From a virus (lineage: Duplodnaviria > Caudoviricetes), in IMG/VR virus record IMGVR_UViG_3300036869_000029, positions 1 through 37,361 of that record: a stretch of 37,361 bases of DNA; one strand, given 5' to 3'. Within the stretch, counting starts at the first letter, position 1. Every line of letters begins with the position of its first letter. The position numbers were made by a program, and so were the translations under genes. Of this stretch, positions 6,921-14,881 are shown one piece after another. A model generated the notes under the pieces. It had not been told where the DNA came from, searched no databases, and saw only the letters and a list, made by a program, of their open reading frames with translations.

Positions 6921-9721
6921 TGCCTGGAGTGGATACTAAACCGGAAGATAGCATACGCATTCGCCAAATTGATCCCGGAAAGTTTGAACAAGGATCATTT
7001 CGAACTATCGAATTTAAGCCGGGCATTAAGGCCGTGGTGGGTAAACTGAAAGGCGAAGATAAAACCACTGTTCAAACATTGATTTTTGAAAAGGAAAAGT
7101 TCACCGAGGCGGAAGCTCGCGCTTGGATTGCGGACCATAAGGAGTTTCACATTATGAAAACTTTAGAGGAACAGGAAAAGCCGACTATTATTTTGGCGCA
7201 AAAATCATTTGGGCTTGTGTCCATGGCGGTAGCCAGTCCTGAGCAAACAAGCATATTTGAAAAGTTTAAATTGCTGCCAGGTACATATGACATTGTTTTC
7301 GACGAGCATGGCGTGCCTTGCGATTATCTCAACGTTGAAATTGCCGGTTATGCGTCCACGTTTTTAAAAGACGCGGCGGGAGATCAATATTTCCCACAAT
7401 CATTCCCGGATATGGTACGCCAAGCATATATGCGTAAGCCGGTATTATTGCGCGATCATAAACGGGATGATGTTACCAGTAATATTGGAACAATTCTCGA
7501 GGAACGTTTGGATGATTATGGTTGGTGGGTGCGGGCGCGTATTGATAATTCATCCTCAGAAGCTATGAAGGATTTACGCGCAAAGATTGTGCAAGGAACG
7601 CTTAACAGTTTTTCAATTTCAGGTTTAACGGTCAAGCGCGGAGGAATTGATATTTTTACGCGACTTGACGAAGTTTCCGTTGTTTGGGCAGGGTGCAATC
7701 AATCTTCGGTTTTTGCAGTTAAGTCTCTCGACGGTGATTCTGGCAAGCGGTCTGAAAAATCGGCCGGCCAGGAATCGGGCGAAGATTTCCTGTACAAACC
7801 GAACGTTATTGCTATTGCCTCGACACTGTACAACCCCGCCATGTGCGGCATTATATCTCAAGGAGATAAAATCATGGATTTAAAAGCGCAAATTTTCGCG
7901 CAGAAGTCGTTGGTGCTGAATTACAAAGCCCAAATGGCTACTGTTACCGAAGAAAAAGTTAAAAAGGATTTAGGAAAACGTATTCAAGAAATGGAACAAT
8001 TGATTGAGGAAATGGAAGATGAGGTTATGGCTGGTGAGAAAGCCAAAAAGGAAGAGGCCAAGAAGGAAGAAGCTAAAAAGGCCATGAAAGACGAAGCCGA
8101 AAAAGAAGAAGCTAAAAAGGCCAAGGAAAAAGAAGAGGCCGAAGCCAAAGCCAAAAAGGAAGAGGCTGAGAAGGAAGAAGCTAAGAAAAAAGAAACCGCC
8201 AAAAAGGAAGAGGCTGAAAAAGAGGAATCCAAGAAAAAGGCATTGGAAGATTTGGCCACGAAATACGGCATGACCGTGGAGCAGGTGCAGGTGTCCATTG
8301 ATGCCCAAGGCAAAAAGGTTGCGAAATCTTTGGGCCTGGGTGACATGGAGCCGTCCAAAATTTTCATGCCGGGAATTCTCAGTGGCTTGACCTTGGCTTC
8401 CAAGCAATATTCCAAAAATGACCGTGAGTTTGTTTCGCGCGTTGAAAAGTCGATGAAGGAACACACCAACACCGGCGAGATTGAAATGGAGTTTGACAAC
8501 TCCGATGCCAACATCGCGCGGTTGATGACCATTGCTGCGAATCCGTTTGTGCGCAAGGCATTGTCGTTGGATCATGATCCGGCGCGTAACAAGGTTGCCC
8601 ATATTCAGGCAAACAGCATCATTGCCAAAGCCTTGAATGGCGAGCTTCCGAAATATGACGGCGGCCCGGTGAGCATTCACAAGGCATTGGATGGATCGGC
8701 TGGCAGTGGTGATGATTTGGTCCCCGAACAGTTGAGCAACATTCTTTTCATTCGTTTGTATGGAACTGCGCAAGTTGCTCCGCAATTGGTACCGGTGAGC
8801 ATGGACAGCGAGCGCATTAAGTTGGGCAAGGTGCTTTCCCCGGCCATGGTCTCGGGCGCTCCGGCAACCGGCACCGTTCCCGAAAGCACGTTTGCAACCG
8901 ATGGTGACAGTGATTTGATGCACTCGAAAGATTTTGAGGGCTATTCCTATGTGTACGATAACGTACAGATGGATAGCGTTTTTAACCTCATCACCACATT
9001 GCAGCAAATTCACGCAATTTTCTTGGCGCGTCAGTTGGATAACGCCCTGATTAACGGTAATGCGTCGGCGAACATTGACAACTCCTACTGCGTTATTCCC
9101 GATGGCGCATGGGCAACCATTGCCTCCCGCACGAATGCCGGTGGTGAGACCAACGTTCCCGTAACCAGTTATTGGGATGGGTTCCGTAACTTGGCCTTGA
9201 ATGCCACTGGCCTGAATGTGGATATCAGTTCGGAATTTGCTTCCGCTCCGACCACGGGTGTCCGCAAGGTTCTGCGAGCCATGAAACGTTATGCCACACA
9301 GCAACAGGCGAAGAACGTTTGCGTTATCATGGGTTCGGGAGCCATTGGTGCCTTCCGTGGTGATCCGCAATTCACCCAGGCATATGCGGCCAGTACCTTG
9401 CTGACTCTGATTGACGGTATCGTGGATACCTACTTGGGCCACAAGGTTTTGGAATCCTACGACATGAGCGAACAGTTGAGCGCGGATGGAAACTACAATC
9501 CGTCAACTTCTGCTTCGCAATTGTTGGCCGGAGTTTTGGCGTTCAACCGCACGCAATTTGCTTTGGGTATCCGCAAGACCCAGACTTTCGAAATCTTGCG
9601 TGATCCTAAAGTGCGTCGGTCGAATGTGCGTTCCTTGGCCCGTTTCGGCTTTGCTCCGCTGGAACCGAACCCGAGCGCGTCGTTGCCCACAGTCGCCTAT
9701 GGTTATAAGGTGACGGTGTAA
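6920..9721 (+). CDS. prohead protease (HK97/S78-type) - scaffold - major capsid protein fusion
   Basis: IAGYAS..D...D, LLRDH, SFSIS and LDEVSVV protease motifs; EK-rich coiled-coil scaffold; LVPEQLS...LDNALINGN HK97-fold capsid motifs; followed by a terminator. Confidence 0.85.
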   Translation: MPGVDTKPEDSIRIRQIDPGKFEQGSFRTIEFKPGIKAVVGKLKGEDKTTVQTLIFEKEKFTEAEARAWIADHKEFHIMKTLEEQEKPTIILAQKSFGLVSMAVASPEQTSIFEKFKLLPGTYDIVFDEHGVPCDYLNVEIAGYASTFLKDAAGDQYFPQSFPDMVRQAYMRKPVLLRDHKRDDVTSNIGTILEERLDDYGWWVRARIDNSSSEAMKDLRAKIVQGTLNSFSISGLTVKRGGIDIFTRLDEVSVVWAGCNQSSVFAVKSLDGDSGKRSEKSAGQESGEDFLYKPNVIAIASTLYNPAMCGIISQGDKIMDLKAQIFAQKSLVLNYKAQMATVTEEKVKKDLGKRIQEMEQLIEEMEDEVMAGEKAKKEEAKKEEAKKAMKDEAEKEEAKKAKEKEEAEAKAKKEEAEKEEAKKKETAKKEEAEKEESKKKALEDLATKYGMTVEQVQVSIDAQGKKVAKSLGLGDMEPSKIFMPGILSGLTLASKQYSKNDREFVSRVEKSMKEHTNTGEIEMEFDNSDANIARLMTIAANPFVRKALSLDHDPARNKVAHIQANSIIAKALNGELPKYDGGPVSIHKALDGSAGSGDDLVPEQLSNILFIRLYGTAQVAPQLVPVSMDSERIKLGKVLSPAMVSGAPATGTVPESTFATDGDSDLMHSKDFEGYSYVYDNVQMDSVFNLITTLQQIHAIFLARQLDNALINGNASANIDNSYCVIPDGAWATIASRTNAGGETNVPVTSYWDGFRNLALNATGLNVDISSEFASAPTTGVRKVLRAMKRYATQQQAKNVCVIMGSGAIGAFRGDPQFTQAYAASTLLTLIDGIVDTYLGHKVLESYDMSEQLSADGNYNPSTSASQLLAGVLAFNRTQFALGIRKTQTFEILRDPKVRRSNVRSLARFGFAPLEPNPSASLPTVAYGYKVTV
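7861..7876 (+). promoter_or_regulatory. internal ribosome-binding site and in-frame ATG (scaffold-capsid start)
   Basis: AGGAG at 7861-7865, 8 nt spacer, ATG at 7874 (codon 319 of the fusion ORF). Confidence 0.65.
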
Positions 9722-9755
9722 GCAGTAAGCGGGTAAGCAAGCGGTTAAATAATCA

Positions 9756-9790
9756 GGGGTGGCCGGTTCAAAAGGCCGACCCCCCTTTTT
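9756..9790 (+). terminator. intrinsic terminator after the capsid gene
   Basis: GGGGTGGCC...GGCC(G)ACCCC stem followed by CTTTTT. Confidence 0.7.
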
Positions 9791-9803
9791 AAAAAGAGGC
9801 GCA

Positions 9804-10553
9804 ATGAATAAACGATTAGTTTTCACGGTAACGTCAGAAAATCCAATTTATCAAAGGTTGGCCATTGATACGCATCCCGCCATGGCTGCCTATGCTGAAA
9901 AATGCAATGCTGATTTTGAGATTTTGACTGTTCCCAAGGAAAAAGGGGAAGTGTGTTGCTGGGATAAATACCAGACACCTAAATTTTTGCGAAAATACGA
10001 ACGAGTTTTGTACGTGGATACAGATATTTTTATCTGCCCTGACGCCGGGGATATCTTCGATGAGGTTCCGGTGGATAAGTTTGGCGGATATGATGAAATT
10101 CCGTTTAGTGGGGAATCTTTGAAGCGAGTTTATTCTCAATATTTGGCGGTGCTTGGGTTCACGCATGCGGAACGCCTGGGAATGGAAATAAAGAAATATT
10201 TTAATGCAGGTATGTTTTTGGCTTCCCGTGGTCATGAACACGCCTTCCTTTTGCCTGCGGTTCATGGCGCATTTGAAAACAACATGGAATTATTCAAGGA
10301 ACAGTCCTTGCTTAATTTCAATCTTCAAAAGTTTTGTATACCCATGCACGACGTAGGTGTTAAATTTAACGCATTTTTGGGACATGAACAGGATGGAAAA
10401 ATTTGCGGTTATCCGTTTGACCAATGCAAGTTTATCCATTTGGCGGGCATGTTTCACAATCCCAAAAACAGCGAATCGGATAATGTGAGAATCGCGGATG
10501 AAGCAATGAAGTTGTTAAAATCACGCACTGAAAAGAAAGGGGTTAAAATATAA
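9804..10553 (+). CDS. glycosyltransferase, GT-A fold (GT8-like)
   Basis: VLYVDTD (DxD), YFNAGMF, EQSLLN and FIHLAG motifs; AAGAGG SD before ATG 9804. Confidence 0.85.
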   Translation: MNKRLVFTVTSENPIYQRLAIDTHPAMAAYAEKCNADFEILTVPKEKGEVCCWDKYQTPKFLRKYERVLYVDTDIFICPDAGDIFDEVPVDKFGGYDEIPFSGESLKRVYSQYLAVLGFTHAERLGMEIKKYFNAGMFLASRGHEHAFLLPAVHGAFENNMELFKEQSLLNFNLQKFCIPMHDVGVKFNAFLGHEQDGKICGYPFDQCKFIHLAGMFHNPKNSESDNVRIADEAMKLLKSRTEKKGVKI

Positions 10554-11347
10554 TGCGCCTGATTAATCGCGGAAAACATCAATACGAAGGCGAGCCGCTT
10601 AATACCGAGATCGAGGTTTCGGATGAGGTTGGAAATGCTCGGTTGCGTGATTTCGCCGGTTCAACGCGCTTCTGCTTTGAACGCGCTGACTATGAGTTGA
10701 AACTCACCGGACCAGTTGACCAGTCTGAAAAGGTAACTGTGCTTATTCCTGTCTACAACAATGAAAAATATATCCTGGAATCGGTTATGTCAATTTTAGA
10801 TCAGACATATAAAAACCTGGATATTTTGATTTGCGATGATGGATCAACCGATGGAACGTCCAAGATTTTGCAGGAATTGGCTGCTTCCTATGAAAATGTG
10901 AAAGTCATACGCAATAAAACAAATCAGGGAGTGGGCGCGGCACGTCAGCGTTTGATTAAATCGTGCAAAACGCGAGTCGCTGCATGGCAGGACGGCGACG
11001 ATATTGCCAAATCTGAACGCATTGAGAAACAGATGGGAGGTTTGCAAGAACTCGAAAAGACTCTCCCGGATAAAAATTTCATGATTTTTTGTGATTGGGA
11101 TATCGTTGGCGCCAATGCCGAATATAATCGTCAGCGTCTTTGCAAGCAGCTTAATTGCATGCTGTTTGTAATCGTACCTAAGATGCCAGTACCGGACGCT
11201 ACCTTACGCTGCGGCGAGGATGAAAAATGGCACGGTGAAATGATCGACGCCGGATATTTCGAGGCCAATGTTCCCAAGGTTTTGCAGAGTTACCGCGAGC
11301 ACGATGAGTCATTGACTCGGCAGCGGATAAAGAAGGAAGGCGCTTAA
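10553..11347 (+). CDS. GT2 family glycosyltransferase with ~55-aa N-terminal extension
   Basis: VTVLIPVYN, SILDQTY, CDDGSTDGT, NQGVGAAR, QDGDD, ED and YREH motifs. Confidence 0.9.
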   Translation: MRLINRGKHQYEGEPLNTEIEVSDEVGNARLRDFAGSTRFCFERADYELKLTGPVDQSEKVTVLIPVYNNEKYILESVMSILDQTYKNLDILICDDGSTDGTSKILQELAASYENVKVIRNKTNQGVGAARQRLIKSCKTRVAAWQDGDDIAKSERIEKQMGGLQELEKTLPDKNFMIFCDWDIVGANAEYNRQRLCKQLNCMLFVIVPKMPVPDATLRCGEDEKWHGEMIDAGYFEANVPKVLQSYREHDESLTRQRIKKEGA

Positions 11348-11348
11348 C

Positions 11349-12017
11349 GTGAGCGTTAAACTGGTAAATCCCTATTGCAGCGTCGCCCAAGTTCAGCGTT
11401 ATTTGAATGACCAACGCGCTGAGCAAGCGGATCGTATTGCCGATGGCATTAATGATGCCTCACGCACTATTGACGATTGGACGCAATGGATTTTCTACCG
11501 CAAGGAATATACGGCGCAAGCCGTGCTTCCTGAATTTGGCGGTCCAGGAAATTTTATCGTCAAACCCTCGGGTCGTGCAAACGGATATATCAAATGCCCA
11601 TTTAAGCCCATAATTTCTGTTACCTCAATTGTGGATACGAAAAGCGCGAATGCTGTGCTTGTGGAGGGAATTGATTATTCGGTGGATTATCTCAATGGAA
11701 TTATTACTTCTATCCCGGGAGCATTTTTTCAAGACCCAGGACGATATCAGATTACTTGCGTTTTGGGTCTGGACAACGGCACTGCAGATCCACTTCATAC
11801 GCCTGACCCAATACCCTATGATTCTTCCATTCCGTCTGCTGATATCCCGGGAGAAATTCACCGATCAGCCATTCAGATAGCGGCAATTTTCTCTGGTATG
11901 TACAAAAAAGAAATAGTCACCAAGGGCGACGCTATGCCAGTGACGCTGAATATCACGGAAGTACCGGAAGCAATAGAGCGAAAGCTGCGTATTTGGAGCG
12001 TGCGATCAAATGCCTAA
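11349..12017 (+). CDS. head-tail adaptor (gp6/gp15-like)
   Basis: YCSVAQV...ASR.IDDWT...DY.VDY..GII...IP.EI; position after the head genes; GTG start. Confidence 0.75.
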   Translation: MSVKLVNPYCSVAQVQRYLNDQRAEQADRIADGINDASRTIDDWTQWIFYRKEYTAQAVLPEFGGPGNFIVKPSGRANGYIKCPFKPIISVTSIVDTKSANAVLVEGIDYSVDYLNGIITSIPGAFFQDPGRYQITCVLGLDNGTADPLHTPDPIPYDSSIPSADIPGEIHRSAIQIAAIFSGMYKKEIVTKGDAMPVTLNITEVPEAIERKLRIWSVRSNA

Positions 12018-12459
12018 CGATACCGAAGTTGATAAGCAAGCTTGGGATAAAATTTATAAACGCATTCAAGATAATCTTTCGCATGAACAACAAAAAAAGT
12101 TACTTAATCAGCTTGCTATTTTGGCGAATGATATTGCGATTACAGAGATGCGAAATCGCTCACATAAACACGGAACAGGGGAAACGGAAAAGTTTTTAGT
12201 GCGTGAGATTAATTCGGACACAAAAGAAGTTTATGCCATTTCTCCTGTGGTTGGATATTTGGAATACGGAACAAAAGACCATGGGCCGAGCAATAAAGAG
12301 TTTTTGTACTTTGAAAATACCGACGGACAACTTATACGAAAGCGCCAAGTTAAAGGAATTCCGGCGCAGCACAACGTGCAAAAATTGGTGATTCCAAAAG
12401 TTACCCCGGCGCTATTAAGCCGGATAAATGAAGTCATTGATTTGGTGGTGGCGGCATGA
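12010..12459 (+). CDS. neck protein (HK97 gp10-like)
   Basis: YLEYGT..H...VKGIPA motif; position. Confidence 0.7.
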   Translation: MPNDTEVDKQAWDKIYKRIQDNLSHEQQKKLLNQLAILANDIAITEMRNRSHKHGTGETEKFLVREINSDTKEVYAISPVVGYLEYGTKDHGPSNKEFLYFENTDGQLIRKRQVKGIPAQHNVQKLVIPKVTPALLSRINEVIDLVVAA

Positions 12460-12944
12460 ACGAATTATCACGTCCGGTTAAAGTTATCATAGACAGATTT
12501 ACTGCGGCCACGGGTCCACTTGGTATTTTGTCGGGTTGTACATTTCAACAGGTGATGACGTTGCCGGAAGCTATTGAACCTAACATGTTGCCGTATATTG
12601 GCATGGCTGTGGAGCGCTCCGGGAAAGTACCTGACATTGAGTTTGTAGGCCAACAGGCAACGGCAACACTTGAGCTAGGCTTCCGTTTGCATGAGGACTC
12701 GCAATATGGATACTGTAACGATGACTTCACACGTGGCCTTTTACCCATGCTAGAGCGTGTTTTAGACGTTATTTATGGGCTTGGGGTGCAGACTGCCCTA
12801 ACCGGAGATAATAGCTGGCTACGCGCCCCACAATTCGAAATAAAAGGGCTTATCCCTGATGTGGGCAATGGGCAAATAGGCTATGGATTTACGTTAAAAC
12901 TATTCACCGATATGTTTGATCTTGGGAAACTTTCGGCTCAATAG
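12456..12944 (+). CDS. tail terminator/completion protein
   Basis: LPYI motif, size, position directly before the tail tube gene. Confidence 0.55.
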   Translation: MNELSRPVKVIIDRFTAATGPLGILSGCTFQQVMTLPEAIEPNMLPYIGMAVERSGKVPDIEFVGQQATATLELGFRLHEDSQYGYCNDDFTRGLLPMLERVLDVIYGLGVQTALTGDNSWLRAPQFEIKGLIPDVGNGQIGYGFTLKLFTDMFDLGKLSAQ

Positions 12945-12985
12945 CCGATAAAATAAAACTGGCCAAAGCGCCGAGGAATAAAAAA

Positions 12986-14320
12986 ATGTCATATCAAGTT
13001 GGACGCGGTTCGCAGGCCTGGGCGGGATTTAGCCAGGCAGATCACGCAATGGTTCACAAAGACCCGGTTAATTTCATCGTATTTAAAACGTTGCCATTGA
13101 AACAGGACGTAAAATTTCCTGAAATTCCCGTTCTCACTCCGGGCATGCAGGAACCGATCAATTACCGTTACGAGGGGTTGCATTCCGTGTCCGGCAGCGC
13201 ACAGACTCCATTTTATCCCGAGCAATCGCTTTCACTACTTAAGGGAGTTTTGACCGGAGTTACTCCCACGGACTTGACGGGGGCATGGAATCACAAGTTC
13301 CTCGGTGAAGATACTGTTCCCAATGTTCCGTTTTGTTTCACCCAGTTTGAGGATTTATCAAACATGAATTTGGTAGGTTGCTATCCTACCGGGGTGGACA
13401 TTGAAATGGACAAAGGCAATCCGGTTATGCTCACCTATCCCATCGTAGGCATGCACGGATTCGATCAGATTGGTGTTGCTGGTACGTCAACTGGACAGAA
13501 TGCAATCAGCTTTTCTTCTCCGATTGTTTTAGTGGTGAATGTCAGCGACCGAATTAAGTTGGCGGTGGACGGTGGATCGGCTACGGAAGTTATAATTCCC
13601 GCAGCGTCTTACTCAACGGCCGCAGCATTGATTGCGGCGATCAATACCGCCATTGAAGGAACTGCGGGGCTTACGGATAAATACAAGCGTCCGCTTGTGG
13701 CGTGCTTTCTAAACTCAGCTTCAAAAATCGAGTTTTATTCAGGCACTAAAGGAACGGGTTCGTCAGTCGCATGGACCGCAGGCACAGATGACGCCGGAAC
13801 ATTACTTGGTCGCGGTACTCCCGTGGAAGCTGCTGGAATCGCCACCATGTCAAAGCCTTCGGAAAGCGTTATTCAACCCTTTATCAATACGCAAACCACC
13901 ATGACCTTGGACGGCGTAAATATTCCCGGTGTGGATAAAGCTAAGATCAGTATTAAGAGCGGCCTTGATTTGCATCAAATTGTTGGTTATTTCTTTCCGA
14001 CGCTTCCGATCATTAAATCTCGCCGCAGCGTAACTGGAACCCTGGACGTCGCTTTCACTGACGTTAATTGGTTGGTTAAGCACTTGGCCAACACCACATT
14101 TGCTTTGCTGTTCACTTTGGAGACCGGGGTTATCATCGGATCAACGGCGTATACGTACAAGGCCACGATCCGGCTTAACTCCTGCAAGTCAACCAAAACG
14201 CCCGTGCCGAATGTTTCGGGAACTGGGCATATCACACAGAGCATTGAATTTAAAGCGTATGCGGATGCGGTTTATCAGGATGTTGAAATTGACGTAGTTA
14301 ATTCATTGGCGACGGTGTAA
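12986..14320 (+). CDS. major tail tube protein with inserted domain
   Basis: V.GS...GC....I...G....LT..I.G and R.VTGTL...F.D...G.ITQSIEF.A pattern of sipho tube proteins; ~125-aa insert at 13472-13843. Confidence 0.7.
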   Translation: MSYQVGRGSQAWAGFSQADHAMVHKDPVNFIVFKTLPLKQDVKFPEIPVLTPGMQEPINYRYEGLHSVSGSAQTPFYPEQSLSLLKGVLTGVTPTDLTGAWNHKFLGEDTVPNVPFCFTQFEDLSNMNLVGCYPTGVDIEMDKGNPVMLTYPIVGMHGFDQIGVAGTSTGQNAISFSSPIVLVVNVSDRIKLAVDGGSATEVIIPAASYSTAAALIAAINTAIEGTAGLTDKYKRPLVACFLNSASKIEFYSGTKGTGSSVAWTAGTDDAGTLLGRGTPVEAAGIATMSKPSESVIQPFINTQTTMTLDGVNIPGVDKAKISIKSGLDLHQIVGYFFPTLPIIKSRRSVTGTLDVAFTDVNWLVKHLANTTFALLFTLETGVIIGSTAYTYKATIRLNSCKSTKTPVPNVSGTGHITQSIEFKAYADAVYQDVEIDVVNSLATV

Positions 14321-14323
14321 TCA

Positions 14324-14881
14324 GTGAAAGCGAATAGGCTGGTAAAAAAGTTTAATCTTGGAGGGTCAAAGTTTGTTATTCGCGGACTTTTCCCATCGGA
14401 TTTTTTAAGTGAAGGATACTGGCCTATTCGCTTTTATCACCTTAAAGGTGAGCAACAAGAACCAATGCTAAAATGGAATTATGAGGGTGGAATAAAACCA
14501 CGTTGGATGCTTGAAAATGAAGCTCGGATGAGAAAAATAGTTTCGCTGGGAGTCGTCAAACCTGAAATTGTGGGTAATAATCTGGTTTCTCTTTTTCAGG
14601 ATAAGCAACTTGAAGTTTTGAAAAACTTTTTAATCGGGAATATTTTCTTTTTAACTTACGGTGTAAAGGACAATTCCATGGAAGGACGGGAATTGAGCCG
14701 AGAGCATCTTGAAGAGATCGGAATTAAAGCGCGGGAATTAAAACGCGAACCTTGGGAAATTGTATACGGTTCTGATAGTTTACCTGATGGTTTAAATCCT
14801 CGCCGCCACGATTTTAATAATCTTACGATGATTGTAATGTTTGATCGAGATAAACGTTTGGGGAGTTACAACCATGCCTGA
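14324..14881 (+). CDS. tail assembly chaperone
   Basis: Position between tube and tape measure genes; GTG start. Confidence 0.5.
   Translation: MKANRLVKKFNLGGSKFVIRGLFPSDFLSEGYWPIRFYHLKGEQQEPMLKWNYEGGIKPRWMLENEARMRKIVSLGVVKPEIVGNNLVSLFQDKQLEVLKNFLIGNIFFLTYGVKDNSMEGRELSREHLEEIGIKARELKREPWEIVYGSDSLPDGLNPRRHDFNNLTMIVMFDRDKRLGSYNHA

Noticed and set aside
7970-9442. 490-aa minus-strand ORF (and the 190-aa ORF at 7984..8556)
   Set aside because: Antisense shadow of the codon-biased scaffold/capsid gene; the Phe/Leu/Ser runs mirror the Glu/Lys codons and no motifs are recognisable.
9759-9803. ORF-track upstream starts (also 598, 1270, 14841, 17012, 24138, 24559, 25044, 31203, 31532, 36059, 36493)
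   Set aside because: These extensions run through terminators or upstream genes, or lack an SD; downstream ATGs with an SD or stop-start coupling fit better.
12986-14320. Contractile tail sheath
   Set aside because: Only the insert looks sheath-like; the core resembles a tube protein and no separate tube or baseplate wedge genes follow.
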